NCBI GenBank assembly: GCA_044892525.1
Contig: CM097885.1
Span: 15,688,001-15,752,000 of the forward strand
Direction: 5' to 3'
Length of the DNA stretch: 64,000 bases
From: Schmidtea polychroa
Lineage: Eukaryota
The translations under genes were made by a program, and so were the position numbers. Every line of letters starts with the position of its first letter. Position 1 is the first letter of the stretch. Below the pieces are notes generated by a model, which was given only the letters and a program-made list of their open reading frames with translations, had not been told where the DNA came from and ran no database searches. This document shows, piece by piece, positions 60,937 to 64,000 of this stretch.

Positions 60937-62538
60937 ATGTTTGCAAGCGTATGGGAAATGATGAAGAGAAAAGAATTTGAATTTGATAATGAAATCAGCA
61001 ATGAATTGATATGCAGAATTTGCAAATGTTTAATGATAAAAGCTTGCCATGCTCCTTGCGGTTGTCGCTTTTGTTCTGATTGCATTGAGCAATATTTGGA
61101 TGGAAAAGATAAATTCTGTCCAGGAGCAGCAAAACATTGTGGAAAGAAAATGATAAATTTCAATAAAGATGTTTCTGAAGATCATGCAGCCAATTTAAGG
61201 ATTTCAGAAGTGATAGTGAGATGTCCAATGCAAAATTGTCAATTCAAAGATGAATTAGAAGTGATGGAGAGCCACATGAGAACATGCAACAAGCAACCAA
61301 TAAAATGTTTATTCAATAGAATCGGATGCGAAATGAATGAGGTGGTAAAGGATGAAACGAAAGTCCATCTCAATGAGAACACTGAAGGCCATAGCAAATT
61401 ATTGATTGATCAGATCAGTAATTTATGCAATGAAATGCAAGCAATGAGACACGAGAATGTGATATTGCGCAATGAAATTATCAATATCAATGTAAAATTG
61501 TATTTGTAATTAATTTTATTGATATTTGTGATTGTAGGTGAAACTGGGCAATATGGAAAGGAAAGAAGCGGAGAACAGAGGAGAAATAGAAGAATTGAAT
61601 GAGGAAATGGTGGCATTGAAGAATGAGAATCACTCATTGAGAATGGAGATGGAGACAAATATTGGATCAATCAAAAAAGTTTGATTATTTATTTGATTTG
61701 ATATTGATATGTTATTGAGGCAAAGCAGCTCAGACAGCAAATTGAGGCGATTGAATCAAAATATCAATAGCAAATTGATGATATGAAAGAGAAATGCGAG
61801 CAGCGACTGCAACAGGGGAATGAAAAGGTGATTTATTGATTTATTGAAATATTTGAATTTGAGATTCAGTTGCAGCTTGAAATGGCGAAATGCGCCAATG
61901 AAAAACGTCAGATTGAATCAAAATGTCAACAGCAAATTGATGAGATGAAAGAGAAATGCGAGCAGCGACTACAACAGGAGAATAAAAAGGTAATTTATTG
62001 ATTTATTGAAATATTTGAATTTGAGATTCAGTTGCAGCTTGAAATGGCGAAATGCGCCAATGAAATTCGGCAGAATGAAACAAAATTAGCAAATGAAAAA
62101 TATATAAATTATGGATTTTTTGAATGGCAAATCGATAAATTTTCACAACAAAAGAGAAATGAATATATTTACAGCGAGGAATTTTATTCCGGGCCAGTCG
62201 GTTACAAAATGTGCTTGAGGGTGAGCATTGAGGGTGATTTGGTTTGGCCTGGTTTCTGTTTGATGCGTGGGGCAAATGATGAGCAATTGGATTGGCCGTT
62301 CAATCAATCCGTGACAATCGATGTGATGGATCCAACAAATGGCAACATTTATATGAGCAAGTCAAGGAAATATTCAGATTTGTCCCGTGATGCCGGATGG
62401 GGGGAACCTTCAGATGACAGAAATGATCTAATTGGCATTTATTATTCTATTGGTGATGGCAGCTCAATCTATCAATTAGCAGCCAAAAGTGATAAATTGC
62501 TGCTCAGGTGCAGAATTAAAAAATTCTTACAAATTTAA
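60937..62538 (+). pseudogene. TRAF-family paralog 4 with a nonsense codon in exon 3
   Basis: Full RING, zinc fingers and MATH; CAG>TAG at 61768-61770. Confidence 0.82.
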
Positions 62539-63219
62539 AAAAACATTTCAATAAAGAATTTATTTTGGGTTTTGATTTGTTTTATTGTTTGTCTTTTTTT
62601 ATTATATTTATTATATGAGATTATTATTGTGGTAATTATTGCCATTCTCGCCTTCCATCCGATATCATCATCACGTGGCGGAGCGCGCACAGCAAATGCC
62701 AATTGCAATATCAACATCAATTATATAATTAAATAAAAGCAATTTAATTAAATCAAAAACATTTAATATAAATTAATTTGAATGATTATTATAATTAAAT
62801 TAATAATTAATTTGAAAGAAATTAAATTAAAATTCACCCGAATATAAGCGCTGACAAATCGCCTCAACAAATCAAACGCTCCTATGACGAGTGGAACTGA
62901 CGAAAAAACCGCCGCTGATGTTATATGAGTTTTGGATAAATTATTGCTGTACTGAATGGCAGTAAAATGCACCTAAATGCAATACTAACACTGCGTTATA
63001 TCAAATTGATAAATGCCTTGAAGTTTCGCCAGCTATTTTTGAGGCATTTAAACGAAAATCCGCAACAACAATACTGATAAATAAAATTTGTAAATTAATA
63101 TTTTGATTCTCAAATACAAAATGAATAAATATATAGATAATCTATATTAGTGAAATTCTTAATAAGTAGATGACTCCTAGCAATATACGAAGCACTCAAA
63201 CACTTCCAATATTTTCTTA

Positions 63220-64000
63220 GTTATTTCGAGATTATATTTGTCTAATTGTCTGACTTTTGCATGGACTGGGTTTTCGTTGCTAATTATTATATGTTCGGTT
63301 ATGCATTTTATGTTATTGTTTGCCTTTAGTTTATTAGTTATATTTGGTACATTTTGTATCAGTTTTGCGATTTCATTAGGTATATGCCAGTTTGTTTCTG
63401 TTTTAATTGTTTTTGTTTCACCGTGTTGGGTTGTTATTACTCCGATGTCACAATTGATTTGTTTCTTGGATTGTTTATTTTTGTTGTATATGTTGTTTGA
63501 ATTGTTTGGTAAGAACTTTCCATTCTTGCAGTCGACTAGTAGATCGAAGTTTGAGAGGAAATATGCTCCTTAAATGGCTTGTTTGACTTCAGTGATAGTG
63601 AATTGCCAATTGTATTGTGTGTTGTTCATGGTGATTTTAATGTTTTGTTTCCCGAACGTTTTGATTGGGCTGCCGTTTGCTGCACACAAATTCGCGGTTT
63701 CTGTTTTTGTATTTTTATGTAAGTAATTCGGTATTAATGAAATTATTGAACCTGAATCAACAAGAAAATTAAGGCCATTGCTATGCACCGTGAATGTTTG
63801 GCTGTCACCAATTGTTGGTGCTATCATTGGTGACTTTATATGTTTCCCGACTCTTCTTTGTCGAAGGAGCAAGGTTTGTTGCATTTATATGCTTTATTTT
63901 AAATTTATTGTGGTAGTAACAATAGTTTTGGTTTGTGCGTTTATTAGGGTTGTTCCATGTTTTATTTCTGTCAAAGCTGTTGTGGCTGCCTGATCTTGTA
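63220..64000 (-). mobile_element. Degenerate Ty3/Gypsy gag-protease
   Basis: FLVDSGSIISLIP, LCAANGSPIKTFG. Confidence 0.8.

Overview
AT-rich animal genomic DNA with 40-55 nt GT-AG introns, long (ATT)n arrays and many transposon relics. A planarian-like host is my inference only. Host content: four diverging TRAF-type paralogs (RING, zinc finger, exon-repeated coiled coil, MATH), a disrupted TMEM104-like transporter gene and exons of a gene with repeated SLxxIQAEE motifs. Mobile content: BEL/Pao, Ty3/Gypsy, hAT, piggyBac and pogo MITEs, Helitron, Polinton and non-LTR relics. Main observation: an apparent family of BEL/Pao LTR retrotransposons that carries captured host genes inside the LTRs. 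A recent, pol-less element (9476-14738) has ~880-bp LTRs encoding a DUSP12/Yvh1-like phosphatase. That ORF reads through the tRNA-iMet primer-binding site into two ubiquitins, Gag and protease. About 4.5 kb downstream, an 872-bp solo LTR (19236-20107, perfect AATGAT target-site duplication) shares the same palindromic element and layout but carries a proteasome alpha subunit (PSMA6-like) ORF. All calls are by eye; no searches were run.
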